64,000 bases of DNA. Origin: Syntrophales bacterium (GTDB taxonomy: Bacteria; Desulfobacterota; Syntrophia; Syntrophales; PHBD01). A program made the position numbers and the translations under genes. Shown one piece after another: positions 20,941 through 31,051 of the stretch (the first letter of the stretch is position 1; each line of letters begins with the position of its first letter). The stretch lies in contig OY764159.1 of NCBI GenBank assembly GCA_963668175.1, positions 1,312,001 through 1,376,000 on the forward strand, written 5' to 3'. The notes under the pieces were generated by a model. It ran no database searches. It was not told the origin of the DNA and saw nothing but the letters and a program-made list of their open reading frames with translations.

Positions 20941-21498
20941 TCCATGGAATCGTGAAGCAATTATTTTACGGGCATAAATGTCCCATAATGTATAACATGC
21001 AGGACCGGAAAAGAGCAAGAATCTAAATGGACAGCGATGCCTTGGTCGGCCGATGGGCATGTCCGGCGTCTCAATATACAAGTTATTGAATATGTTTTCT
21101 ATTTGTGTGGCCAAGGGGGGGAGACGGGAGAAGAAAACGCCGGGTGTCGCTTTCAATCGGGCGGACGGCATTGGGACCCGGCCGGCCGCGCCGGAATCGT
21201 ATCCGCCACGGCGTGAGGTACCGGGAACGTCAGGGAGCCGACACTTTGCATAATTTTCTGACGGTGCCGGCAACCGTTCCATCTTCGTGGTGAAATGTAT
21301 ACACGATGCCATCGGAAGGCATCGGACATTCCGGCATCGGCTTTCCGGAGAGGCCGAACCTACCGTCCGATCAAACCGGACAAAACTTGAGATAGAACAG
21401 TTAAATATGTAACGATTACAGCAAGTTTATTCGTCATGCGCGTGGGCATAACTCTTCGCCTATCGCATCTTGGAATGTGTTTGGACGGATTTCCCTCC

Positions 21499-21783
21499 TT
21501 AAATCATATCCCATTCCGTATCGGGTGAGGCGAAATCCCGAAGCTGATCCCGTCTTTTCTTGTGCTGGAGTTTCTTTAGGGCCTTGGCCTCTATCTGCCG
21601 GATTCTTTCCCGCGTTACGCCCATCATTTCACCCACTTCTTCCAGGGTGAAGGGGCCGTAATTGCAGGCCACCCATGTACAGTTTAGAAATGATTCATTA
21701 TTTAAACGCCACTCACAACTTGTCTCCAGGCAAACCTCGCTGATCAGGTTTCCCTTCTTCTTGCAGCGATATGTATTGATCAA
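21499..21783 (-). CDS. Stand-alone sigma70 region-4 HTH protein with Cys-rich N-terminus (94 aa)
   Basis: [30 protein letters not shown] closely matches RpoD region 4.2; AAGGAG RBS 9 nt before TTG at 21783 (ORF track starts at 21807). Confidence 0.85.
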   Translation of the reverse strand: MINTYRCKKKGNLISEVCLETSCEWRLNNESFLNCTWVACNYGPFTLEEVGEMMGVTRERIRQIEAKALKKLQHKKRRDQLRDFASPDTEWDMI

Positions 21784-21818
21784 GGGGTCGGTCTCCTTTT
21801 CCGTCAAATATTGTCATT

Positions 21819-21850
21819 AGACTAAACATTGACATCCCGTTTGTCAATGT
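21819..21850 (-). promoter_or_regulatory. Sigma70 promoter with an overlapping TTGACA inverted-repeat operator
   Basis: Minus strand TTGACA-17-TAGTCT; perfect IR ACATTGACA-N7-TGTCAATGT at 21826-21850. Confidence 0.7.
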
Positions 21851-21861
21851 CAGGCACACGA

Positions 21862-23169
21862 TTATTTGAGGCGCGATAAACGTTCCTCCAGACGTCGTTT
21901 TCGATATTCGAGTCCATGCTTTTCGTCGTCGGTCAGCCGTCCGGGACGCTCAAGAATACCCTCGACCAGGGCGAGGGCGTTTTCCGCCTTCCGGCAGCGG
22001 TGCTCGTACCATTTGGCGAGTTCGACGGCGGCGAAGACGTCGCCCGGATTGTCCGCCAGCATCTTTTCCCAGACGGAGACGGCCTTATGCCATTCGCCGG
22101 CGCGTTTGTAAAGGATGGAAAGCATTTGGCCGGCCTCGGCGGCAACGCCGTAACGCTCCGATTCCATGAGATAAACAAGCAACTTTCTTGTGCCTTCCCC
22201 GTCGGCGCGGGCCGCCCGCAGTTTTGCGGCTGCCAGAAGATCCCGATGATCGGCCGCGGCCGGTCCCAAGGGGGCGGCAATCAGTTCCGTGAGATGGAGC
22301 GTGAGCCCGGCCATCGAAATGACGTCGAGACGGTTGTGTTCGAAGACGTCCTTCATGATCCTCGGGTCCCGTCTTCTGAGCCAGTCGAAATAGCGCTGGG
22401 GGATTTCGCTGCCCGGGATGTCGTTTTCCCGGTAGAGTCCGAGGATATGGGGCTCGATGGTGGCCAGGCGGCTGTTATCCAGGCGGTGACCCACGAGCCT
22501 GCGGGCGGGGTGGAGGAGATCCAAGTGGGGCAGGCCGGCGAGCGGGTCCCGCAGTCGGTTCATGATGAAACGGGTGGTCAGGAGGCCGACGTCGAATGCC
22601 TTGCCGTTGAACGTGACGAGAAAGCCTTTCGTCCCCGAGATATCGGCCAGGAATGAGAGACAGGCCTTCTCCTCGGAGAAGTCCCTGGCGAAAATCTGCC
22701 TGGTGACGAAGGTTTTTCCTTCAAACCACCCGAGCCCGATCAGGAAAGCCACCGTTCCCGTGCCGCCCGCGAGGCCGGTCGTTTCCGTATCGAGAAAGAG
22801 GGCGTCGCTCCAGGCAAAGCCGGCAAGTGCGCTTTCCCCCGAAAGGAACGCCGCAGCCGCCATATCGACGGCGGCGTATTCGCCTATCGACCGGTGGCCG
22901 TGCCGGTCATGCTCTTCATGAACATCGTGGGAGACGAAGAGTCTGCCGTGGGGCGAATCCATCTCCCGGCCGTTAACCAAGGCATCGAGGGGAGGGGTAT
23001 GCCTGCCGGCCGCAGGCCTTGTGCCGGCAGCCGGTTTCGAGGCGGGGCGGCGGTTCATGATTTCCTCGACCCGCCGGCGAAGCTCGCTCAGCTGATCCGA
23101 GCGGGCCGGCGGCTTTTTCGCTTCGGTCTCTTCCCCTGTCAGTCTTTTGAGGCGCTTGGTGACGCTCAT
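21862..23169 (-). CDS. mrfB: RNase H-like (DEDD) exonuclease with TPR, YprB/MrfB-like
   Basis: FLDTETTGL, TFNGKAFD, HLDLLH..RR, HNRLDV; C-terminal TPR helices; follows the helicase. Confidence 0.8.
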   Translation of the reverse strand: MSVTKRLKRLTGEETEAKKPPARSDQLSELRRRVEEIMNRRPASKPAAGTRPAAGRHTPPLDALVNGREMDSPHGRLFVSHDVHEEHDRHGHRSIGEYAAVDMAAAAFLSGESALAGFAWSDALFLDTETTGLAGGTGTVAFLIGLGWFEGKTFVTRQIFARDFSEEKACLSFLADISGTKGFLVTFNGKAFDVGLLTTRFIMNRLRDPLAGLPHLDLLHPARRLVGHRLDNSRLATIEPHILGLYRENDIPGSEIPQRYFDWLRRRDPRIMKDVFEHNRLDVISMAGLTLHLTELIAAPLGPAAADHRDLLAAAKLRAARADGEGTRKLLVYLMESERYGVAAEAGQMLSILYKRAGEWHKAVSVWEKMLADNPGDVFAAVELAKWYEHRCRKAENALALVEGILERPGRLTDDEKHGLEYRKRRLEERLSRLK

Positions 23170-23198
23170 AATCTGCTCGCGTGCTTTAACTCCCGCGT

Positions 23199-25565
23199 TT
23201 ATTCCCCGATCAGGTCGATCATGGCCAGGGCGACGTCCTTGGCCGCCGTTCCCACCTCCAGGGTGGGACCGACGCAACTCGGGCATCCGTGGCTGCAGGG
23301 GCAGGAGACGATAAGATTCCTGGCCGATTCGAGCAGCCTGTCGTGCTGCTGGTAAAGCAGTTCCGAAAAGCCGATGCCGCCCGGATAGGCATCGAACAGG
23401 AAGACCGTCGGATCGAAGGCGTCGACCTGCACCTGGTTCGTCTCGCCGTTTTTGCCCGGCGTCGCGGTGATTGTGCGGCCGCCGGCGCCGTGGCGGACGA
23501 ACCATTCGCCGCTCTTGTCGCCGATGCTCCGGTCGAGATCGCGGAGATCGGCCATCAGGATCATCGCCGCCAGGTGGTGCAGCCCGTAAGCAAGCCCCGA
23601 CAGGCCGTCGATGATCTCGGCGCGGGTGAAAGGCAGACTGTCCAGAAGGTCCTTCGGAATCGTGAACCAGTAGCTCGTCGTATGCATGTCCTTTTCGGGG
23701 AGATTGACCTCGCCGTAGCCCAGGTTTTCCGATGTGTAGAACTTGATTTTCTTATAACCCACCACCTTCCGGACGACCTGGACCTCGCCGTGCTCGACCA
23801 TGATCCGCCGCGCCTGCTTGCTCGCGAAGGAGTCGATGACCCGGACGTTCGTGTAGGTCATGGCGTCCGTGTAGTAGTCCACCTCGACCTTGCGGACATA
23901 GGCCTTGTTCGCGTTGAGATCGAGCCTGTCCACGTGATACGGCTGCGATTCCAGCATGTAAATGGCGTTTTCGTGGACGGTCGTGAAGGCGCTGTCCCAG
24001 TCGACCTCGGCGATGACCCTGGGGGTGCCCGTTTCCGTTGCATCCACGACCACGACGTTTTCCGGGTTGATGCTGCGGAGATTGACCTCGTCGGCGGGGT
24101 AGCTTTCCGCCGACCAGTGCCAGCGGGAGTCCACGCGGTGGAGGACGCCTTTGTCTTCCAGGTAAGTGAGCAGCTCTTCCAGGTCCTCGCCCCCGAAGCA
24201 TTCGCCGGCCTCGAAGGGAAGCTCGAAGGCGGCGCTTTTCAGGTGGTGGAGCAGGATGAGGAGATTGTCGGGGTTGATACGGCAGTGCTCCGGCGAGCGC
24301 GAGAAGAAGTAATCGGGATTGTCGACGATGAACTGGTCCATGGGGTTGCTGCGGGCGATGAGGACGGCGAGGCTTTGTCCCATGCGCCTTCCCGCCCGGC
24401 CAGACTGCTGCCATGTCGCGGCGATCGATCCCGGGTAGCCGCACATGATGCAGGCCTCCAGGTTTCCAATGTCGATGCCCAGCTCCAGGGCGTTGGTGCT
24501 GACGACGCCCATCACGTCGCGGTTGCGCAGGCCCCCTTCGATCTGGCGCCGCAGGTTGGGGAGGTAGCCTCCCCGGTAGCCGCTGACGAAACGATCGTCC
24601 ACCGGCTTCTTCCTGTCGAACTGGTCTTTCAGATACCGCGTCAGGACCTCGACGGTGAGGCGGCTCGTCGTGAAGACGATGGTCTGGATGTCGTTGGCGA
24701 TCAGTTGCCCGGCGAGCTTCCGGGCCGGCGTCAGGGCCGACTGGCGGATGCCCAGCTCGCGGTTGACGATGGGCGGGTTGTAGAGGATGAACGTCTTGGC
24801 CGCCGTCGGCGCCCCGCTTTCGGCGATCGGCGTGATCGGCCTCTCAACGATGCGCTCCGCGTGTTCCTGTGGGTTGGCCACGGTCGCGGAGCAGCAGATG
24901 AAGACCGGGTCCTGCCCGTAGAAGGCGGCGATCCTCTTCAGGCGGCGGATAACGTTGGCCAGGTGGGAGCCGAAAACGCCCCGATAGACGTGGAGTTCGT
25001 CGATCACGACATATTTCAGGTTGGCGAAGAGCTTTTGCCACTTCGTATGATGCGGGAGGATGCCCGCGTGGAGCATGTCGGGATTGGTGATCACCACGTG
25101 GCCCTGCTTGCGGATGGCCTGGCGGGCGTCGTCGGGCGTGTCGCCGTCGTAGGTGTATGTCTTGATGCCGGCCTTGAGCCTGTCGATCAGGCCTTGCATC
25201 TCGTGCATCTGGTCCTGGGCCAGGGCCTTGGTCGGGAACATATACAACGCCCTCGTCTCCGGTTCTTCCAGGATGCCCTGGAGGACCGGCAGGTTGTAGC
25301 AGAGGGTCTTGCCGCTGGCCGTCGGCGTCACGAGGACGATGTCCCGTCCCGCCCGCACGTGCCCGACCGCTTCGGCCTGGTGACTGTACAGCCGGTCGAT
25401 GCCTTCGTCCTTGAGGACGCCGCGGATGCGGGAATCGACCCAGTCGGGGTAGGGGACGAGGTGCCCGGCGGAGGCTGGAATGCGCTTCAGGGCCTTGACA
25501 TTCTCCATGAAACGGCGGTTGTTTTCCAGCCGCGAGAGCCATTCTTCAAGGGTGAGCTTGGGCAT
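23199..25565 (-). CDS. mrfA: DEAD/DEAH-box helicase with DUF1998 Cys4 C-terminus, YprA/MrfA-like
   Basis: LYSHQ, TPTASGKT, PTKALAQDQ, DELH, SAT, LELGIDIG, QQSGRAGR, CPC..GCPSC; start MPKLTL. Confidence 0.85.
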   Translation of the reverse strand: MPKLTLEEWLSRLENNRRFMENVKALKRIPASAGHLVPYPDWVDSRIRGVLKDEGIDRLYSHQAEAVGHVRAGRDIVLVTPTASGKTLCYNLPVLQGILEEPETRALYMFPTKALAQDQMHEMQGLIDRLKAGIKTYTYDGDTPDDARQAIRKQGHVVITNPDMLHAGILPHHTKWQKLFANLKYVVIDELHVYRGVFGSHLANVIRRLKRIAAFYGQDPVFICCSATVANPQEHAERIVERPITPIAESGAPTAAKTFILYNPPIVNRELGIRQSALTPARKLAGQLIANDIQTIVFTTSRLTVEVLTRYLKDQFDRKKPVDDRFVSGYRGGYLPNLRRQIEGGLRNRDVMGVVSTNALELGIDIGNLEACIMCGYPGSIAATWQQSGRAGRRMGQSLAVLIARSNPMDQFIVDNPDYFFSRSPEHCRINPDNLLILLHHLKSAAFELPFEAGECFGGEDLEELLTYLEDKGVLHRVDSRWHWSAESYPADEVNLRSINPENVVVVDATETGTPRVIAEVDWDSAFTTVHENAIYMLESQPYHVDRLDLNANKAYVRKVEVDYYTDAMTYTNVRVIDSFASKQARRIMVEHGEVQVVRKVVGYKKIKFYTSENLGYGEVNLPEKDMHTTSYWFTIPKDLLDSLPFTRAEIIDGLSGLAYGLHHLAAMILMADLRDLDRSIGDKSGEWFVRHGAGGRTITATPGKNGETNQVQVDAFDPTVFLFDAYPGGIGFSELLYQQHDRLLESARNLIVSCPCSHGCPSCVGPTLEVGTAAKDVALAMIDLIGE

Positions 25566-25736
25566 GAAAAGGTATTCCTCGTTAAGTTGGCGAAGTATAG
25601 AAAGTCGCTTACGGCGTGTCAAGAGAGAAAAGCGGACGGCAATATCCGTTGACTTATAGCCGGCTTGTGCTATCTTGCGAACCGGCGGGGCGATGCGCCC
25701 TTTGGTCCCAATGAATTGAGAATCGGGGAGGATGCG

Positions 25737-27242
25737 ATGAAAATTACCGTCAGGAAGGAAAATCCGTCCGGGCTGGCCTGCGAGGCGGTCCTGGCGTTTC
25801 ATTTCGAAGACCGGAAGAAGCCGTTCGGTCTTGCCGCCATCCTTGACAGGCTGAGCGGCGGGGCGATCTCTGACCTTATTGCCGCCGGAGACTTTGAAGG
25901 CAAACTGAACCAGGTCGCGGTTGTCTATCCCTCCCGGCCCGTGCCGGCCAAGAGAATCGTCCTCGTCGGACTGGGGAAGAAGAAGGACTTGAACCTCGAT
26001 AAATTGAGGGGCGCCTTTGCTTACGGAGCCCGTCAGGTAAGGGGCCTCAAGGTCAAACGTTTCGCCGCGGCCGTCGAAAGCGGATTTTCCGGCGAGCCCT
26101 TGGCTGCGCTTACGGAGGCGGCCGTCGAAGGGGCGGTGCTCGGCCTCTACCAATTCACGCCTTACAAGACGATCGACCGCGACAAGATCAGGGCGGTCGA
26201 AGAAATGATCATCGCCGAGGATGATCCGGACAAGTATCGGACGATCCGTGACGCGGCAAAGACGGCGGAGGCCGTCGCGGCGGCGGTCTGTTTCGCCCGG
26301 GACATGGTTTCCGCCCCCGGCAACGAGATGACGCCGACCGTTATGGCCCAAAAGGCCAGGGAGGTAGCCGCCGACAAGGCGGTCAAGTGTAAAGTCCTCG
26401 ACAGGGAGGCCATGGCGAAACTGGGGATGAATGCCCTTCTGGGTGTGGCCCAGGGAAGCGGCCAGCCGCCCAAGCTCATCATCCTCGAATACATGGGCGG
26501 CAAGAGAGGCGAGGCCCCCGTCGTCCTCGTCGGCAAGGGCCTTACCTTCGACAGCGGCGGCATCTGCCTGAAGCCGGCCGAGAAGATGGACGAGATGAAG
26601 ACGGACATGTCCGGCGGGGCCGCCGTACTGGGCGCCGTGAAGGCCGTCTCGGCCCTCAAGCTGCCGCTGAACGTCGTCGGCCTGGTCCCGGCTTCGGAGA
26701 ACCTGCCGGACGGCATGGCCTACAAGCCCGGCGACATCCTGAAATCGCTGTCGGGGCAGACCATCGAAGTGATCAATACGGACGCCGAAGGCCGGCTGAT
26801 CCTGGCGGACGCCCTGACCTACTCGGCCCGCTACAAACCCGCGGCAATCGTCGACCTGGCCACGCTGACCGGTGCCTGCATCATCGCCCTCGGCGACTAC
26901 GTTACGGGCATGATGGGCACGTCGGACCGCCTGAAGGAAGACGTGCGGAAGGCTTCAGAGGCCACGGGGGAGCGCGTGTGGGAACTGCCCCTCTGGGAGG
27001 AGTACCACGAGCAGATCAAGAGCACGATAGCCGATTTTAAAAATACCGGCGGCAGGGCGGCCGGGACGATTACCGCGGCGGCCTTCCTGAGCAAGTTCGT
27101 CGGGGACTATCCCTGGGTGCATCTGGACATTGCCGGTCCGGCCTGGCTCGCGACGGACAAGCCCTACATCCCCAAAGGTGCCTCGGGCGTCGGGGTCCGG
27201 CTCCTGGTCCGGCTTCTTCGCAACCGCCTTAAGACGACATAG
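25737..27242 (+). CDS. pepA: Leucyl aminopeptidase (M17)
   Basis: [37 protein letters not shown]. Confidence 0.96.
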   Translation: MKITVRKENPSGLACEAVLAFHFEDRKKPFGLAAILDRLSGGAISDLIAAGDFEGKLNQVAVVYPSRPVPAKRIVLVGLGKKKDLNLDKLRGAFAYGARQVRGLKVKRFAAAVESGFSGEPLAALTEAAVEGAVLGLYQFTPYKTIDRDKIRAVEEMIIAEDDPDKYRTIRDAAKTAEAVAAAVCFARDMVSAPGNEMTPTVMAQKAREVAADKAVKCKVLDREAMAKLGMNALLGVAQGSGQPPKLIILEYMGGKRGEAPVVLVGKGLTFDSGGICLKPAEKMDEMKTDMSGGAAVLGAVKAVSALKLPLNVVGLVPASENLPDGMAYKPGDILKSLSGQTIEVINTDAEGRLILADALTYSARYKPAAIVDLATLTGACIIALGDYVTGMMGTSDRLKEDVRKASEATGERVWELPLWEEYHEQIKSTIADFKNTGGRAAGTITAAAFLSKFVGDYPWVHLDIAGPAWLATDKPYIPKGASGVGVRLLVRLLRNRLKTT

Positions 27243-27272
27243 GCCGGCACTTCGCGGGCGATCCTGTTACGT

Positions 27273-28244
27273 ATGGCGCACATTCTGGAGATAAGAGGAT
27301 TAAGGACGCATTTCGAAACGGCGGCGGGCACGGTCCGGGCCGTGGACGGCGTCGATCTGACCGTCGGCAGGGGGGACACCCTGGGGATCGTCGGAGAATC
27401 GGGCAGCGGCAAGACGGTCCTGGCCCTGTCCATCATGCGCCTTGTCCCCAGCCCGCCGGGCAGGATCGTTTCGGGAAGCATCCTCTTCGAAGGCACCGAT
27501 CTTCTGGGACTGGACGAGAAGGCTATGCAGCGCGTCCGCGGCAAGGACATCTCCATGATATTCCAGGAGCCGATGACGTCCCTGAATCCCGTCTTCAAGA
27601 TCGGCGACCAGGTGGCGGAGGTGATCCGGCTCCATCAAGGCCTTTCCGGAAAGGATGCGCGTGAGCGGGCCGTGGAGATGTTCCGGCTGGTCGGCATGCC
27701 CGATCCCGGGCGACGTGTCGACGATTATCCCCACCAGATCAGCGGCGGCATGAGGCAGCGGGTGATGATCGCCATGGCCGTCAGCTGCAACCCCCGCCTG
27801 ATGCTGGCGGACGAGCCGACCACGGCGCTCGACGTCACGATCCAGGCCCAGATCCTCGAATTGATCGACCGGCTGAAGGAGGAAACCGGGACCTCGGTCG
27901 TCCTGATTACCCACGACCTGGGGCTCATCGCCGAAAGCGCCCGGTACGTAATCGTCATGTACGCAGGGACCGTCTTCGAATACGCTGCGGTTCAGTCCGT
28001 TTTTGCTTCGCCGTGCCATCCCTATACGATCGGCCTCATGGCCTCGATGCCCAGGCTGGACGGCAAGGCGAATAAGTCCGCACGCCTTTCGACCATCGCC
28101 GGCACCGTTCCGCCGCTCTATTCGCTGCCGGAGGGATGCCGCTTTCACGACCGCTGCCCCGTGGCCATGGATATCTGCCGCCGGGAGGAGCCGGCCCTCA
28201 GGGAAACGGCGCCCGGACATTACGCACGCTGCTGGAAATGCTGA
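27273..28244 (+). CDS. oppD: Oligo/dipeptide ABC transporter ATPase
   Basis: [31 protein letters not shown]-terminal Cys motif. Confidence 0.9.
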   Translation: MAHILEIRGLRTHFETAAGTVRAVDGVDLTVGRGDTLGIVGESGSGKTVLALSIMRLVPSPPGRIVSGSILFEGTDLLGLDEKAMQRVRGKDISMIFQEPMTSLNPVFKIGDQVAEVIRLHQGLSGKDARERAVEMFRLVGMPDPGRRVDDYPHQISGGMRQRVMIAMAVSCNPRLMLADEPTTALDVTIQAQILELIDRLKEETGTSVVLITHDLGLIAESARYVIVMYAGTVFEYAAVQSVFASPCHPYTIGLMASMPRLDGKANKSARLSTIAGTVPPLYSLPEGCRFHDRCPVAMDICRREEPALRETAPGHYARCWKC

Positions 28245-28292
28245 GGCCGTGATGCCTCGATCCGACCGTCCGGATTGCGACGGGCGGCGGAG

Positions 28293-29285
28293 ATGGGAAC
28301 GCATGTGAATAACGCACTGCTGAAAACAGAGGGTTTGAAAAAGTACTTCACCGTGACGGAGGGCTTCCTTTCGGGACGCCGCAGCCTGGTCAGGGCCGTG
28401 GACGGTGTCGACCTGGAAATCATGCCGGGTGAGACATTGGGACTCGTGGGCGAGAGCGGATGCGGCAAATCGACGCTGGGCCGTCTGATCCTGAGGCTGG
28501 AGGAGTCCACGGAAGGCCGGGTCTGGTTCGGCGGGGAAGACGTCCTGGCCTATGAAGGCAAGAATCTCAAGGAATACCGGAAGAAGGTGCAGATCATTTT
28601 CCAGGACCCTTATTCGTCCCTCAATCCGAGGATGTCCGTAGGCAACATCATCGGCGAGCCGCTTCTGATCCACGGTGATTCCGACGGCAAGCCGCGCGAC
28701 GCTCGCGTGACGGAGCTGATGGAGATCGTGGGCTTAAGCAGGGAACAGATGGGGCGGTATCCCCATGAATTCAGCGGCGGGCAGAGGCAGCGTATCGGCA
28801 TTGCCCGGGCCATCGCCCTGAAGCCGCAGTTGATCATCGCCGACGAACCGGTGTCGGCCCTGGATGTCTCCATCCAGGCCCAGATCCTCAATCTCCTGAA
28901 AGATCTCCAGCGGGATTTCGGCTTGACGTACCTTTTCATTACCCACGATCTGGCCGTCGTCCGCCACGTCAGCGACCGGATCGCCGTCATGTACCTCGGC
29001 AAGATCGTCGAGATCGCCGACAGCGCCGATCTGTACGATGCTCCCCTGCATCCCTATACCCAGGCCCTGTTGTCCGCCGTCCCTACGGCCGATCCGGACC
29101 GGAAAAAGGCGAGAATCCTGCTCGCCGGCGATATGCCGAGTCCCTATGCCGTTCCGCCGGGCTGTGCCTTTCATTCCCGTTGTCCATACCGCATGGATGT
29201 TTGCGAGAAGGTCATCCCGGTTCTGCTAACGTGCAAACCCCGCCATGACGCGGCCTGTCATCTCTTAAGTCAGAGGGCGTCCTGA
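28293..29285 (+). CDS. oppF: Oligo/dipeptide ABC transporter ATPase
   Basis: [39 protein letters not shown]. Confidence 0.9.
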   Translation: MGTHVNNALLKTEGLKKYFTVTEGFLSGRRSLVRAVDGVDLEIMPGETLGLVGESGCGKSTLGRLILRLEESTEGRVWFGGEDVLAYEGKNLKEYRKKVQIIFQDPYSSLNPRMSVGNIIGEPLLIHGDSDGKPRDARVTELMEIVGLSREQMGRYPHEFSGGQRQRIGIARAIALKPQLIIADEPVSALDVSIQAQILNLLKDLQRDFGLTYLFITHDLAVVRHVSDRIAVMYLGKIVEIADSADLYDAPLHPYTQALLSAVPTADPDRKKARILLAGDMPSPYAVPPGCAFHSRCPYRMDVCEKVIPVLLTCKPRHDAACHLLSQRAS

Positions 29286-29607
29286 AAAGATGATTATTCA
29301 GAAGAGGTTGGGGCTACGCCCGTTCCGCTGGCAATATATGAAATCAATAGCAGGAAAAAAACAAAAAATACTTGCAATTGGAAAAAAGTAGTGATATGCG
29401 ATCTTATCCCGCCGGGATAGCGTTGCCGGCCGTTGCTGGTGCGTAGAATGCGAAGGGCGGCGGGAGGGGATCAGTTGGTAATCGTTATTCTGCTGTATGA
29501 CAAGTAGCCACTTGCGATCCAAGACGGGTATCTTGGGTCGAGGTGGTTTTTTTGTTTTTGCGGAAGACGGGCCAACGGTGAATTTTTTTCGAAAGGAGGG
29601 TACGATT

Positions 29608-29808
29608 TTGGCTGAAGGTAAAGTAAAATGGTTCAATGAAAAGAAGGGGTTTGGTTTTATCGAAAACGATGATGGTGGTGATGTGTTCGTTCATTTCAGT
29701 GCGATTCAGGGAACGGGATTCAGGACATTACATGAGGGGCAGAGGATTCGCTTTGATGTCGAGCAAGGCAAAAAAGGTCCCGCGGCAGTGAATGTGCAGC
29801 CATTATAA
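29608..29808 (+). CDS. cspA: Cold-shock protein
   Basis: GKVKWFN..KGFGFI (RNP1), VFVHFSAI (RNP2); TTG start after AGGAGG. Confidence 0.95.
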   Translation: MAEGKVKWFNEKKGFGFIENDDGGDVFVHFSAIQGTGFRTLHEGQRIRFDVEQGKKGPAAVNVQPL

Positions 29809-29835
29809 TCAAACCAATTAACAATGTATAACGCG

Positions 29836-29874
29836 CCCCCGGCAAGAGGCCCAGTCTTTGCCGGGGGTTTTTTT
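29836..29874 (+). terminator. Intrinsic terminator after cspA
   Basis: CCCCCGGCAA...TTGCCGGGGG followed by T7. Confidence 0.88.
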
Positions 29875-30133
29875 CGTGTCGTTCCCTCACTTTCCGGAGC
29901 TGTCATCTTCTTTTCAGCCATGAAAATATAACGGAAAGACCTCTCCCATAGAAACCGGCTTGGCCGTTCGCGCGCAGCTAAACCTGAAAACAGACACAAG
30001 CCGATGGACGTACATCGGCCGGGGAGGGGGGATTCTTATCGGCCGCGGCCTTGCCAAGCGAGGGCAAAGTTGCTAACATGCCCGGCCGAAATACAGCATA
30101 TTATATCATGTTTCCTGTTTTGGAAGGGATTTG

Positions 30134-31051
30134 ATGGGCCATAATCTTGTCGTGATACTGGGGCCGACGGCCTCCGGAAAGACGGGGCTCGCCGTCCGTC
30201 TGGCCCGCGCCATGGGTTCGGAGGTGATCTCTGCCGATTCCCGCCAGGTCTACCGCGGCATGGATATCGGGACGGGAAAAGACCTGGACGAATACCGCCG
30301 GGGAGGCTCCCCCGTTCCCTATCATTTGATCGATATCGTCGATCCGCGGGAGGAATTCAATGTCTTCGAGTTTCAGCGGCGCTTTTACGGCTGCTTCTCC
30401 CGCCTGAGAGCACGGGGCATCGTTCCGGTCCTGGTCGGCGGTACGGGGCTCTATATCGAATCGGTGCTCAAGGAATACGAGATGCTTGAGGTTCCCGAAA
30501 ACGCGGCCCTGCGGGGGGAATTGGCGGACCAGGATGAGGATGCCCTGACGAAGCGTCTCATGACGGCCGGTCCCCGCCTCCATAATACGACGGACCTCTC
30601 GGACCGCAGACGCCTGATCCGGGCCATCGAGATTGCCGAATTTACGAAGGAGAACCGGGGCCGGAACGAAAGTCACGTCCGGCCGGATATCGCGCCGCTG
30701 GTTATCGGCGTCCGCTTCGAACGGGCGGAACTGCGACGGCGGATCACCCGCCGCCTGGAGGAGAGAATCGCTGCAGGACTGATCGAGGAGGTTGCAGGGC
30801 TCCATGCGGGGGGGATAAGCTGGGAGAGGATGGACGCCTTCGGCCTGGAATATCGTTATGTCGGCCTCCATCTCCGGGGGCTGCTCGATAAAAAGCAGAT
30901 GTTCGCGGAACTCAACACACGCATCCACCAGTTCGCCAAGCGTCAGGAGACATGGTTCCGGAAAATGGAGAGACAGGGCATTCCCATCCATTGGATTTCC
31001 GGTGGCGACTACGACGCTCTGCAACGACTGGCCGCGGAGCTTATATCATGA
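30134..31051 (+). CDS. miaA: tRNA dimethylallyltransferase family protein
   Basis: GPTASGKT, SADSRQVYRGMDIGTGK, VGGTGLY, FAKRQETW. Confidence 0.92.
   Translation: MGHNLVVILGPTASGKTGLAVRLARAMGSEVISADSRQVYRGMDIGTGKDLDEYRRGGSPVPYHLIDIVDPREEFNVFEFQRRFYGCFSRLRARGIVPVLVGGTGLYIESVLKEYEMLEVPENAALRGELADQDEDALTKRLMTAGPRLHNTTDLSDRRRLIRAIEIAEFTKENRGRNESHVRPDIAPLVIGVRFERAELRRRITRRLEERIAAGLIEEVAGLHAGGISWERMDAFGLEYRYVGLHLRGLLDKKQMFAELNTRIHQFAKRQETWFRKMERQGIPIHWISGGDYDALQRLAAELIS

Noticed and set aside
21862..25565. DUF1998 helicase as an anti-phage system (DISARM/Druantia-like)
   Set aside because: No methylase, PLD nuclease or other defence partners; pairing with YprB fits MrfAB repair.
23289..25652. 787-aa plus-strand ORF, and the 262-aa N-terminal extension of the helicase ORF to 26351
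   Set aside because: Shadow of the helicase; the extension overlaps pepA antisense, and the real start is at 25565 after an AGGA RBS.
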